Shown: piece by piece, positions 24,702 to 32,000 of the stretch
Numbering within the stretch: the first letter of the stretch is position 1
Layout: each line of letters begins with the position of its first letter
Assembly (NCBI RefSeq): GCF_004376175.1
Contig: NZ_SNUY01000036.1
Coordinates: forward strand, 8,828 to 40,827
Direction: 5' to 3'
Length of the DNA stretch: 32,000 bases
Origin: Halalkalibacterium halodurans
GTDB taxonomy: Bacteria; Bacillota; Bacilli; Bacillales; Bacillaceae_D
Position numbers and translations under genes: made by a program
Notes under the pieces: model-generated
What the model was told of the DNA's origin: nothing
What the model saw: only the letters and a program-made list of their open reading frames with translations
The model's database searches: none

Positions 24702-24986
24702 TTACAAACGAGTTTTAACAGCCTCTCCTTCCGACACTTTTGCCTTCTTATATTTCACTTTTGTTGCTTCACCACCCCGAAGATGGCGAATGGACTTATG
24801 GTACTCAAGGATATCCTTTACTTCGTTTGCTAGCTCTGGATTAATTTCGGGCAAACGTTCAGTGAGGTCCTTGTGTACGGTACTTTTCGAAACGCCAAAT
24901 TCCTTTGCGATTGTTCGCACGGTTTTTCTCGTTTCGACAATATACCTGCCTATCTTGATGGTCCGCTCTTTGATGTAATCGTGCAC
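24702..24986 (-). CDS. spoIIID: Mother-cell sporulation transcription factor SpoIIID
   Basis: 94 aa with a GTG start after GGGAGG. VHDYIKERTIKIGRYIVETRKTVRTIAKEFGVSKSTVHKDLTERLPEINPELANEVKDILEYHKSIRHLRGGEATK is almost identical to B. subtilis SpoIIID. Confidence 0.97.
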   Translation of the reverse strand: MHDYIKERTIKIGRYIVETRKTVRTIAKEFGVSKSTVHKDLTERLPEINPELANEVKDILEYHKSIRHLRGGEATKVKYKKAKVSEGEAVKTRL

Positions 24987-25118
24987 ACCGCTCGCCTCCC
25001 TAAAATCTGTGTTAGTGATTGGTACAGTTTATTAGGGAGAGAGGGCATATATACCATCTTTTCAAGGGACAAGATTAATTTGCTCCTGTGCATGCGAAGC
25101 GTAGCTAATCGCAGGACG

Positions 25119-25778
25119 TTAAAACAATAACGCTCGGTTCGTCATACTGCTAATATCAATGAGATCGGCCAAAGTTGTTTTCCCTCGTGCTTCCAAATGA
25201 CGTAAGAGCTCACAAAAAAGGTGTGCCGTTGTTAAAGCATCGCCTAGGGCTTGATGCCGTTCATAAATATACGTTCCAAATTGCTTAGCGTAAACCTCCA
25301 GATCCCGCATATCTTTTGACGGACTAATGTAACCAATCAAATCTAACGTATCAAAAAGCAAAGGGACATTGAACGAAAACTGATAGCGTTGAAGCTCTTT
25401 TTTTAAGACCGTCACATCAAAAGAAGAATAATGTCCAACCCATGCAGCACTTCCTGATTGCTCGACAAACCGAAAAAAGGACTCAATCGCAGGTAAAGAC
25501 GCTGGGGCATTTTTTACTTTATCTTCAGAAATTCCTGTTAATTCTTCAATCTCTGCTGGAATGTTGCGCTCCGGGTTGACATAAGTCTGAAACGTGAAAT
25601 CTGTTACCTCTAACCCTTCGACATGAACCGCAGCCACCTCAATTAAACGATCCCCTGCTGCGACAGCAAAGCCCGTTGTTTCTGTATCAAAAACGGTGAA
25701 GGCCAACTGACAGATTGGTGTGTTAAGCGGTGGATCTACTGCTAACCCATGTGGCAGCTTTTTTCGTTTCCAAAACAA
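25119..25778 (-). CDS. DEDDh 3'-5' exonuclease (DNA polymerase III epsilon-like domain protein)
   Basis: 219 aa. TTG start 7 nt after AAAGGAGTG. Exo I motif FTVFDTETTG, Exo II WVGHYSSFDVTVL, and Exo III H-x4-D (ERHQALGDALTTAHL). Confidence 0.85.
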   Translation of the reverse strand: MFWKRKKLPHGLAVDPPLNTPICQLAFTVFDTETTGFAVAAGDRLIEVAAVHVEGLEVTDFTFQTYVNPERNIPAEIEELTGISEDKVKNAPASLPAIESFFRFVEQSGSAAWVGHYSSFDVTVLKKELQRYQFSFNVPLLFDTLDLIGYISPSKDMRDLEVYAKQFGTYIYERHQALGDALTTAHLFCELLRHLEARGKTTLADLIDISSMTNRALLF

Positions 25779-25815
25779 GAGGATTCACTCCTTTCCCCGA
25801 CCGATCATGGCATAT

Positions 25816-27747
25816 TCAGAACATCCCAAAAGAGGCCAGTGTTTGCTGCTGAAGCGTGCGAATCGTCTTTATGGCATGGATTAATTGTTCCTTTTCTCGG
25901 GTACGTAAATGGCGGACGTGCACTTCGCTCGTAGGCCCTTCACGATTGTCTTTAGAACGTTCCAATCCTTGCTTCACTCGTATCGATAAAATGACTTCAT
26001 AAGCATCGAATAGTTCTTCGTTCATTTCCTCGGAAATAACGTCAGCCTTCGACAATTCTTTCACGAACTGGAGGGGAAGACGGCCAACAATTCCTTGTTG
26101 TGCCCCTAATAGCTGCAAGCAATGGTGGAATGGAAAAAGAGCATGTTTTTTCAGGTCTACCTTGTCACGCTTCACGCGAAACAAGGCGCGGATCGGATGG
26201 TCAAGTACAGGGACCGGTATTTCCTTTTCATGCTCTGCCATCCGGTACAAATAAATTCGTGACCGCTCCAAATGGTCTTTTACCAGATGCTGAAATTGGT
26301 TGTGCAACGCTTCATCGCCAGCGACATAACGAAACGAGAGAAAATTATGACCTAGTAAAATATGATCATTCGTTGCCCTGAGCCCCCAACGACGGAGACG
26401 ATCTCGCCACATGGAAAGACTTCCGCACCAGTTCGGGGAGCTTGCCATCATGTCCCCAGGACACCGCCGGTAGCCGGCTTTTTCCAGTGTTTCAACGAGA
26501 GCCTCAGTAAACCGTTTAAAATAATCAGCGACCTTCGCGCCCTCTTCTTTTTCCGTATCTTGATAGACGAGAAAATGATCTTGGTCGGTCGGCATAAATT
26601 GCTCCCCTCGTCCACTGCTCCCCATCATATACCACGTAAACGGAACTGGAGGAGCTCCTAAGCCTTCCTTCTCAAACGAATCAATCGTCAGCTGCAAACA
26701 ATGCTGAACGAGTCGATCATAAAGCTTCGTAATCATTTCGAGCATATGGATCGTTGGCACACCGTCCCGCAGTAACGTGGAAAGAATGTCATGGAGCGCT
26801 TCTTTCACATTTCCGATCGATGTAATGGTTGATTCTTCAATGGTTTGAATCACTTCAAGAGTGCCTCGGTTTTTCTTTTGCAATAAATCAGACAATGTCA
26901 CCATGCCGAGCGGCCTTCCTGCCTCTTCAACTGGCAAGTGTTTAATTTTATTCATGAGAAACATGGACATTGCTTCATAATAATACGCGTGACGACTAAT
27001 GGTATATGGATTTTTTGTCATAACCTCATATGCTTTTTGTGTCTTGCTTTGTCCAGAGGCAATCACGCGGCCCACAAGGTCTTTTTCAGTAATAATCCCT
27101 GATAGTTTGTTTTCATCATTTAACACGATCACAGAACTCGTTCCTTCGTCCATTATCTTTCGAGCCACCTCTTGGACAAGAGCTTGTTCTTGGACGGTCA
27201 CTGCTGGTTCTGTCATCACATCTTGAATGCGGCGGATAAAAGGCTCACTTTCACCCCATTTATTCGCAAGCTGTACTTGCTCGGCTAAGGAATGATAAAT
27301 GTCGCGAAGCCTAGTGGCTGCCTGTCTGAGCATAAAATCCTGTACAGTATCCTCATGCCAACGCCTCTCCATAACGGAATATGGAATGTGAAGACAGACG
27401 GAAGGTTCGACTGTTCGTACTTCCACATTGTGGATGACAGCATGCTCCGGCTGTTCACCTAAAAAGTCGGCCAAGCTCGAAAAACCGATCATGTCCCCTA
27501 CCTCTAGAACTTCCAAGACCTCCTGTTGGCGTTCGTCGCTTCCCGCAACAAAGACTTCTGCTACACCTTTGAGGATGAGCAGAAGTCCATGACGGGGCGA
27601 GTTCGAGTAAAGGACTTTTTCTGATTTTTCGTAGTTTTTAAGCGCACAAGCATCCATCAGAGCAGCAAATTCTTCATCTGTTGTTCCACTGAATAACGGA
27701 TGCCTGTGAACTTGTTGAAACAATGAATCATTTTCCGGAAGATTCAT
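25816..27747 (-). CDS. Multidomain sensor-nucleotidyltransferase: cNMP-binding-like domain, tandem CBS domains, DUF294-type pol-beta nucleotidyltransferase, and a C-terminal helical substrate-binding domain
   Basis: The N-terminus (HPLFSGTTDEEFAALMDAC...LILKGVAEVF...GDMIGFSSL) is cNMP-binding-like. There are two CBS units (VMTEPAVTV...IITEKDLVGRV and VMTKNPYTI...MVTLSDLL). The NTase signature is GSSGRGEQFMPTDQDHFLVY. I prefer ATG 27747 (GGCGAGG SD). The track start at 27765 has no spacing to its SD. Confidence 0.8.
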   Translation of the reverse strand: MNLPENDSLFQQVHRHPLFSGTTDEEFAALMDACALKNYEKSEKVLYSNSPRHGLLLILKGVAEVFVAGSDERQQEVLEVLEVGDMIGFSSLADFLGEQPEHAVIHNVEVRTVEPSVCLHIPYSVMERRWHEDTVQDFMLRQAATRLRDIYHSLAEQVQLANKWGESEPFIRRIQDVMTEPAVTVQEQALVQEVARKIMDEGTSSVIVLNDENKLSGIITEKDLVGRVIASGQSKTQKAYEVMTKNPYTISRHAYYYEAMSMFLMNKIKHLPVEEAGRPLGMVTLSDLLQKKNRGTLEVIQTIEESTITSIGNVKEALHDILSTLLRDGVPTIHMLEMITKLYDRLVQHCLQLTIDSFEKEGLGAPPVPFTWYMMGSSGRGEQFMPTDQDHFLVYQDTEKEEGAKVADYFKRFTEALVETLEKAGYRRCPGDMMASSPNWCGSLSMWRDRLRRWGLRATNDHILLGHNFLSFRYVAGDEALHNQFQHLVKDHLERSRIYLYRMAEHEKEIPVPVLDHPIRALFRVKRDKVDLKKHALFPFHHCLQLLGAQQGIVGRLPLQFVKELSKADVISEEMNEELFDAYEVILSIRVKQGLERSKDNREGPTSEVHVRHLRTREKEQLIHAIKTIRTLQQQTLASFGMF

Positions 27748-29392
27748 CCATCCATACCTCGCCATCCTTATACGTCATTTGCTCAGGATAACGGAGGTCT
27801 ACCACTTCATCTTGAAGCTTTTGTGATGGAGCTGCGGTCATGAGTGACACGACAATGGTTACGAATAAGTTAACCGGAACCCCGATTAAACCTGCTCCAG
27901 TATCTTGAATGCCAAAGAGAGTAAACGTACCCGTGCGCGCAAGGAAAATATACACGAGCGTTACCGCAAGGCCCGAAAGCATACCAGCAATGGCTCCTTT
28001 GGCGTTCGCACGCTTCCACCAAACACCGAGTAGTAGAACTGGGAAGAATGCCCCTCCGGCTAAACCAAAGGCCCAAGCCACAATTTGAGTAATAACTCCT
28101 GGAGGATCAAGGGCGACCACACCTGCGACAATTGTTGCTAGGACGATCGCAATTCGCCCAGCCAATAAGCGCTTCTGATCACTCGCTTTTGGATTCATTA
28201 AACGGTAGTAAATGTCATGGGCGAAGGAGGAGGAAATCGTAATCAAGAGCCCTCCTGCTGTCGACAAAGCGGCCGCCATTGCTCCGGCAGCGACAAGGCC
28301 GATGACAAACATGCCAAGGTTCGCGATTTCCGGAGTTGCCATCACGACAATATCATTGCTAATTCTTAGCTCTTCCCATTGCAGAATCCCATCTCCGTTG
28401 GCGTCAGCCATCTCAAGTAACCCTGTATTAATCCAAGCCTCCGTCCATGCTGGAAGCTGATCGATTGGCTGATTTGCCACTTGTGTCATTAAAATAAACC
28501 GAGAAAACGCTGCGTATGCCGGGGCTGATAAATAGAGAAGGGCAATAAAAATCAACGCCCAAGCCCCGCTCCAACGGGCCGCCTTCATCGTTGCGACTGT
28601 GTAAAAGCGAACGATGACGTGAGGAAGGGCAGCCGTACCGACCATTAACGTAAACATGAGAGCAATAAACTGAGATTTGTCACTTTCCATAAATGGCTGA
28701 AGAATTTGCGACAGACCCAGTTCCTGATCAAGCCCATCGAGCTGTGAAATGAAATTACCGTACGTGAGCCACGGAAAAGGGTTTCCCGATAGTTGAAGCG
28801 ACATAAAGACAATCGGAATAATGTAAGCGACAATTAAAATAATGTATTGAGCCACCTGTGTCCATGTGATCCCTTTCATTCCCCCGAGTGTGGCATAAAT
28901 CGCAATGACGACAACCCCAATCATCGTTCCATACATAGCCGGAATGTTTAAAATTCTCCCAATAACAACTCCTGATCCTGAAAGCTGACCTATAATATAG
29001 GTGAAACTAATAATAATTGTCGCAATTGCTGCAATAAGACGTGCTGTGTTGCTACCATAACGGTCGCCTATAAATTCTGGTACGGTATAACGACCATATT
29101 TGCGAAGCTGAGGTGCAAGTAAAAACGTTAAAAACAGATAGCCCCCAGTCCAGCCCATTATGTAGGCAAGGCCATCATAACCGAGAATCATTATGGTTCC
29201 AGCCATTCCGATAAAGGAGGCTGCACTCATCCAGTCGCCACCAATGGCCATCCCATTCCAAAATGGTGGTACCCCGCGACTGGCAACGTAGAAATCGGAT
29301 GTGGCACGAGCCCGATTATAGATTGAAATCCCAATATATAAACCGAATGTTGCAAGAATCATTAAAATCGAGACAATCGACTGTTGATCCAC
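27728..29392 (-). CDS. Sodium:solute symporter family transporter, ActP-like large subunit
   Basis: 554 aa, polytopic. FYVASRGVPPFWNGMAIGGDWMSAASFIGMAG matches the SSF/ActP signature region. GTG start after GGAGGG. Immediately preceded by a DUF4212-like small subunit gene. Confidence 0.88.
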   Translation of the reverse strand: MDQQSIVSILMILATFGLYIGISIYNRARATSDFYVASRGVPPFWNGMAIGGDWMSAASFIGMAGTIMILGYDGLAYIMGWTGGYLFLTFLLAPQLRKYGRYTVPEFIGDRYGSNTARLIAAIATIIISFTYIIGQLSGSGVVIGRILNIPAMYGTMIGVVVIAIYATLGGMKGITWTQVAQYIILIVAYIIPIVFMSLQLSGNPFPWLTYGNFISQLDGLDQELGLSQILQPFMESDKSQFIALMFTLMVGTAALPHVIVRFYTVATMKAARWSGAWALIFIALLYLSAPAYAAFSRFILMTQVANQPIDQLPAWTEAWINTGLLEMADANGDGILQWEELRISNDIVVMATPEIANLGMFVIGLVAAGAMAAALSTAGGLLITISSSFAHDIYYRLMNPKASDQKRLLAGRIAIVLATIVAGVVALDPPGVITQIVAWAFGLAGGAFFPVLLLGVWWKRANAKGAIAGMLSGLAVTLVYIFLARTGTFTLFGIQDTGAGLIGVPVNLFVTIVVSLMTAAPSQKLQDEVVDLRYPEQMTYKDGEVWMDESSGK

Positions 29393-29455
29393 TGCATTCC
29401 CTCCAAACGTGTGAAGTCACTTCTCTCTCCTTTTTATAAAAACAGCCCGCTCTTG

Positions 29456-29758
29456 TTAGTGATCCAAGGCTTTTCCTGAGCTAACAGCCTCATTTTGCTT
29501 CTCGTCAATTCCGAATTTTTCGTCTATTTTATCGCTCACATAAGCATTCACAAACAAGAGGACAACAAAGGTAACGACCGAGCCTTGTGCGCCCATATAA
29601 TAGTGGGCAGGCATTCCTAAAATCGTGAAGGTTGAAAAGGCTTCAGCAAAAGCTACAACCGCAAAGGAAACGAGCCCACCGATTAATAAGCAAATAACAA
29701 CTAAGGTTGTTCGGGCTCGGAAGTAAGCATCAGCTATCGACTTATCCACTTTTTTCAT
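29456..29758 (-). CDS. Small two-TM membrane protein; putative solute:sodium symporter small subunit (DUF4212-like)
   Basis: ATG 29758 lies 6 nt after GAGGGGTG. 100 aa with two hydrophobic helices (LVVICLLIGGLVSFAVVAF and GSVVTFVVLLFVNAYV) and the YYMGAQG motif. Its size, topology and position directly upstream of the symporter fit the small-subunit family. The assignment is from memory. Confidence 0.65.
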   Translation of the reverse strand: MKKVDKSIADAYFRARTTLVVICLLIGGLVSFAVVAFAEAFSTFTILGMPAHYYMGAQGSVVTFVVLLFVNAYVSDKIDEKFGIDEKQNEAVSSGKALDH

Positions 29759-29963
29759 CACGTTCACCCCTCTTTTTTAGATGATGGAATAGCGATCCAC
29801 AAATCAGTGGTGTCTTATTGGCATCCCTCCCTTTTATAATGAACTGGTTTGAAGATGTCTTTGCTGCGTTCTTGTGATAAAGTCTTGAAGTGTCATAGTT
29901 GATGATGTCTATCGAATAACTGAGGTTTGTAAGCATTAAGAAGCTGTGAGGACATGATGAACA

Positions 29964-30140
29964 TTACCGTAAACTAAAAATGAAGCGAATCGTCTCAAAG
30001 AAGCCCATCGGCACCATGGCAATTTGTACAATCATCACTAGAAGTATGCCTGCGAATGGCACAGTTAAAAAGAGCGGCCGTTTATAACGGATACAGGCAA
30101 ATATTGAGGCCACGATAAGCAATAAAAATAAGTAGATCAT
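29964..30140 (-). CDS. Unlisted 58-aa hydrophobic protein (two predicted TM helices)
   Basis: Falls below the ORF-track size cut-off. ATG 30140 follows AGGGGGAT. Translation: MIYLFLLLIVASIFACIRYKRPLFLTVPFAGILLVMIVQIAMVPMGFFETIRFIFSLR. Confidence 0.45.
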   Translation of the reverse strand: MIYLFLLLIVASIFACIRYKRPLFLTVPFAGILLVMIVQIAMVPMGFFETIRFIFSLR

Positions 30141-30320
30141 TGGCGATCCCCCTATTCGATTTTGTAAGCGCTATCAAATATCTATGTATTGTAACACAAC
30201 TGAAAATATATTCACTGTTATAGTCCACATTATTTCAAATTTTCTGATAGCTGTCAAGGACAATATCTCCCTTCTGAATAGGAAAATTCGCTATAGGATA
30301 TAGGCTTCCAAAGTACAAAT

Positions 30321-30357
30321 TGAAAAACGCCTCGTGCGATTATCTTCGCACGAGGCG
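30321..30357 (-). terminator. Rho-independent terminator of spoIIQ
   Basis: CGCCTCGTGCG (30328-30338) pairs with CGCACGAGGCG (30347-30357) in a perfect 11-bp stem. On the minus strand TTTTTCAATTT follows, 6 nt after the spoIIQ stop. Confidence 0.85.
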
Positions 30358-30363
30358 CATTCA

Positions 30364-31218
30364 TTACGCGTCTTCGTTCGTATCCTCTTTTACATCATCA
30401 TTCTGTTCTTCGCGATCTGACTCGTCTTCACCTTCACCTTCGCCGTCTCTTGCATCCTCTGACTCTTTCTCATCCTCACCTTCAGTAGCCTCTTCAGAAG
30501 CACCTTCTAAATCCTCAAGGAACGAAACAGGTTGCTGTAAAGCGTCTTCTGGATTGATGGCGATTCCGTCTTTGCGAATTTCAAAATGAACATGGACACC
30601 TGCATTTTCGTTATACAAGTTACGTCCAGCAGATCCGAGAATATCGCCTTGTCGGACCGTATCCCCTTGCTCTACATTTAGCTCACCAAGACTATGGTAA
30701 TGTGTCACAATTCCATTGTCATGATCCACTTCTACGACATAGCCGAGCAATGAATCTTGTTCAGCTTTTACGACTGTACCGCTGAGAGCTGCAGTGACAT
30801 CAAAGCTTTCTTCCCCGTCTTTTGCAAGATCAATGCCTTTATTCTGGTAGTAGTAATTATTGTAATAGACGAGAGCTGCTTGCTGTTCTTCGGCTGTTCC
30901 ATTGACATCGTAAAAAGTCCCAACGATTTCAACTTCATTTTCGTCACTGATTGGAAGCTTTACTACTTCACCGTCTGTTGTAACCGGAACTGCGTCTTCA
31001 CCGTGCATGCCTGTTGGTCCATTTGGATTTTCTTCAACGTCAATTGGATCATCAGGATTAGCAATTTGTCCATTTTGACTTTGCATGAAGAAGAAGGCAC
31101 TTAGTAACAAAGCAGCAACAGCAAGATAGATTGCTGGTAAAGCCCAACGCTTCTTCAGAAAACGTTGTAGGTTGAATGTCTCTTCTTTTTTAGAAGATTG
31201 TTTGTTTTCATCTCTCAT
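30364..31218 (-). CDS. spoIIQ: Forespore engulfment/channel protein SpoIIQ (degenerate LytM/M23 domain)
   Basis: ATG 31218 (MRDENKQSSKKEETFNLQRFLKKRWALPAIYL...) matches the B. subtilis SpoIIQ N-terminus and TM. The LytM core is highly similar: AALVYYNNYYYQNKGIDLAKDG..FDVTAALSGTVVKAEQDSLLGYVVEVDH..HVHFEIRKDG. The first metal-binding motif is N-K-G-I-D rather than H-x-x-x-D, so it is degenerate as in B. subtilis. Long acidic C-terminal tail. Confidence 0.9.
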   Translation of the reverse strand: MRDENKQSSKKEETFNLQRFLKKRWALPAIYLAVAALLLSAFFFMQSQNGQIANPDDPIDVEENPNGPTGMHGEDAVPVTTDGEVVKLPISDENEVEIVGTFYDVNGTAEEQQAALVYYNNYYYQNKGIDLAKDGEESFDVTAALSGTVVKAEQDSLLGYVVEVDHDNGIVTHYHSLGELNVEQGDTVRQGDILGSAGRNLYNENAGVHVHFEIRKDGIAINPEDALQQPVSFLEDLEGASEEATEGEDEKESEDARDGEGEGEDESDREEQNDDVKEDTNEDA

Positions 31219-31452
31219 TATCATCACCTCAGCAACCATTCTGATCAGGTTGCGCTAAAACTATACATATTGTCAAAAAACTTTTTCATTTATTTTTCGA
31301 CAAATGCATCCGTTTTATGTAGTGATTAAAAAAAGTGGGACAGAACCGAAGCAACCGACCGATGATGGATGATTGACTGTAGAAGCCTGCCTGAACGCTA
31401 GCCACCTCTGGGGATACCCCTCTATTCATGCTCTGATTAAAAACCGTGAGTC

Positions 31453-31887
31453 CTACTCAATAACGTGCGGTCGGGGCATGTCCAGCATGATCCCTTTCCC
31501 TTCGTCTGTATGGATGTAAATGGTGTATGTTCCGGCTTGATCTAGCTCGATCGCCCCGCTCTTCTCGGAATCGATCTCCTCTTCCCAAACGACATTTCCA
31601 GCACGTTCCACATATAAAGTTAGTGTTCCTTCATCAACCGCCATCTCATATGGAAGGCTTATACGTTCTCCATCTGGAACAGACATTGAATTCACTTCAA
31701 ATGTACCCCGTAACGTGCCGATTGAGATTTGCACATGGCCGTTAATATTCGATGACTTTGAATTAATGACCACCTGATCACCATGCTTTAGTAAGAGGAC
31801 AAGACTTAAAGCAAGAGCCAGCATGAGGACGACGCCAGTTGCAACTGCAAAGATAATCCAAAATTTTGTGTTTGAGCGTCCGGACAA
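31453..31887 (-). CDS. Hypothetical membrane-anchored protein
   Basis: 144-aa ORF with one N-terminal TM (FWIIFAVATGVVLMLALALSLVLLL) followed by a beta-rich soluble part. It has a TTG start and I see no SD, so the start and even the coding status are uncertain. Confidence 0.45.
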   Translation of the reverse strand: MSGRSNTKFWIIFAVATGVVLMLALALSLVLLLKHGDQVVINSKSSNINGHVQISIGTLRGTFEVNSMSVPDGERISLPYEMAVDEGTLTLYVERAGNVVWEEEIDSEKSGAIELDQAGTYTIYIHTDEGKGIMLDMPRPHVIE

Positions 31888-32000
31888 AATTAATTTCTGC
31901 TTGGTTGATAGCGATTTTTACAGAAGAACTAGCGTAGAAAAAAATAAATTAGGCTAAGAGTGGAGAGTGAGTTTACATTTTTTTGAAATTATATTAAAAA

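Noticed and set aside
24987-25118. Sigma-E promoter for spoIIID, and a sigma-F promoter for spoIIQ at 31240-31330
   Set aside because: These promoters are expected from B. subtilis biology. I could not match the remembered consensus elements convincingly (sigma-E ATA..-N-CATACA-T; sigma-F GCATA-N15-GGnnAnAnT). Only a GCATT word appears upstream of spoIIQ, so no coordinates are claimed.
30320-30589. Ser-rich 89-aa plus-strand ORF
   Set aside because: It is the antisense frame of the Asp/Glu-rich SpoIIQ tail (GAA/GAT read backwards gives TTC/ATC/TCT-type codons). It has no SD.
1-32000. tRNA, rRNA, CRISPR arrays, intact IS elements, integrases or phage genes
   Set aside because: I scanned all intergenic regions by eye on both strands and found no cloverleaf-like segments, rRNA-like conserved blocks, repeat-spacer arrays, terminal inverted repeats or recombinase-like ORFs.

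Overview
This window looks like a chromosomal segment from a Bacillaceae genome. Many secreted or exported proteins are strikingly acidic, which would fit an alkaliphile such as the Bacillus halodurans group. That organism call is inference only.

Gene content in coordinate order:
- 1-7116, minus strand: an exopolysaccharide or cell-wall glycan locus. It contains a partial FemAB-like transferase, a GNAT acetyltransferase, an EpsL-like phosphoglycosyl transferase, an EpsN-like aminotransferase, a decayed second copy of that aminotransferase, gtaB, and an EpsC/CapD-like dehydratase.
- 7117-9890: an AT-rich islet with few ORFs. It carries a structured epsC leader, an Escherichia-type mazEF toxin-antitoxin pair, and two unlisted translationally coupled mini-ORFs.
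- 9892-12402, minus strand: an operon of an IclR-type regulator, kdgK and kdgA.
- 12593-13050: a frameshifted Nudix gene.
- 13454-19222, plus strand: a complete ribose operon, rbsRKDACB, with a sigma-A-like promoter, a perfect cre/LacI-type palindrome and a terminator.
- 19240-19470: a GC-rich intergenic element with nested helices.
- 19481-20512: an orphan TetR regulator and a very acidic repeat-containing mini-lipoprotein.
- 20823-24986, minus strand: the conserved block fabZ, EpuA-like gene, flhP, flhO, mbl and spoIIID.
- 25119-29758, minus strand: a tightly packed four-gene cluster. It encodes a DUF4212-like small membrane subunit, a sodium:solute symporter, a cNMP/CBS/DUF294 nucleotidyltransferase and a DEDDh exonuclease. 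I know of no established function for the NTase-exonuclease pair.
- 29964-31887: an unlisted 58-aa membrane ORF, spoIIQ and a membrane-anchored hypothetical protein.

I could not recognise any rRNA, tRNA, CRISPR array or intact mobile element.

Best candidates for follow-up:
- the symporter/DUF294/exonuclease cluster
- the two-terminator epsC leader, a possible EAR-type antitermination RNA
- the recombination scar in the glycan locus
- the GC-rich structured intergenic element

All family assignments come from reading the translations by eye. No database search was run.
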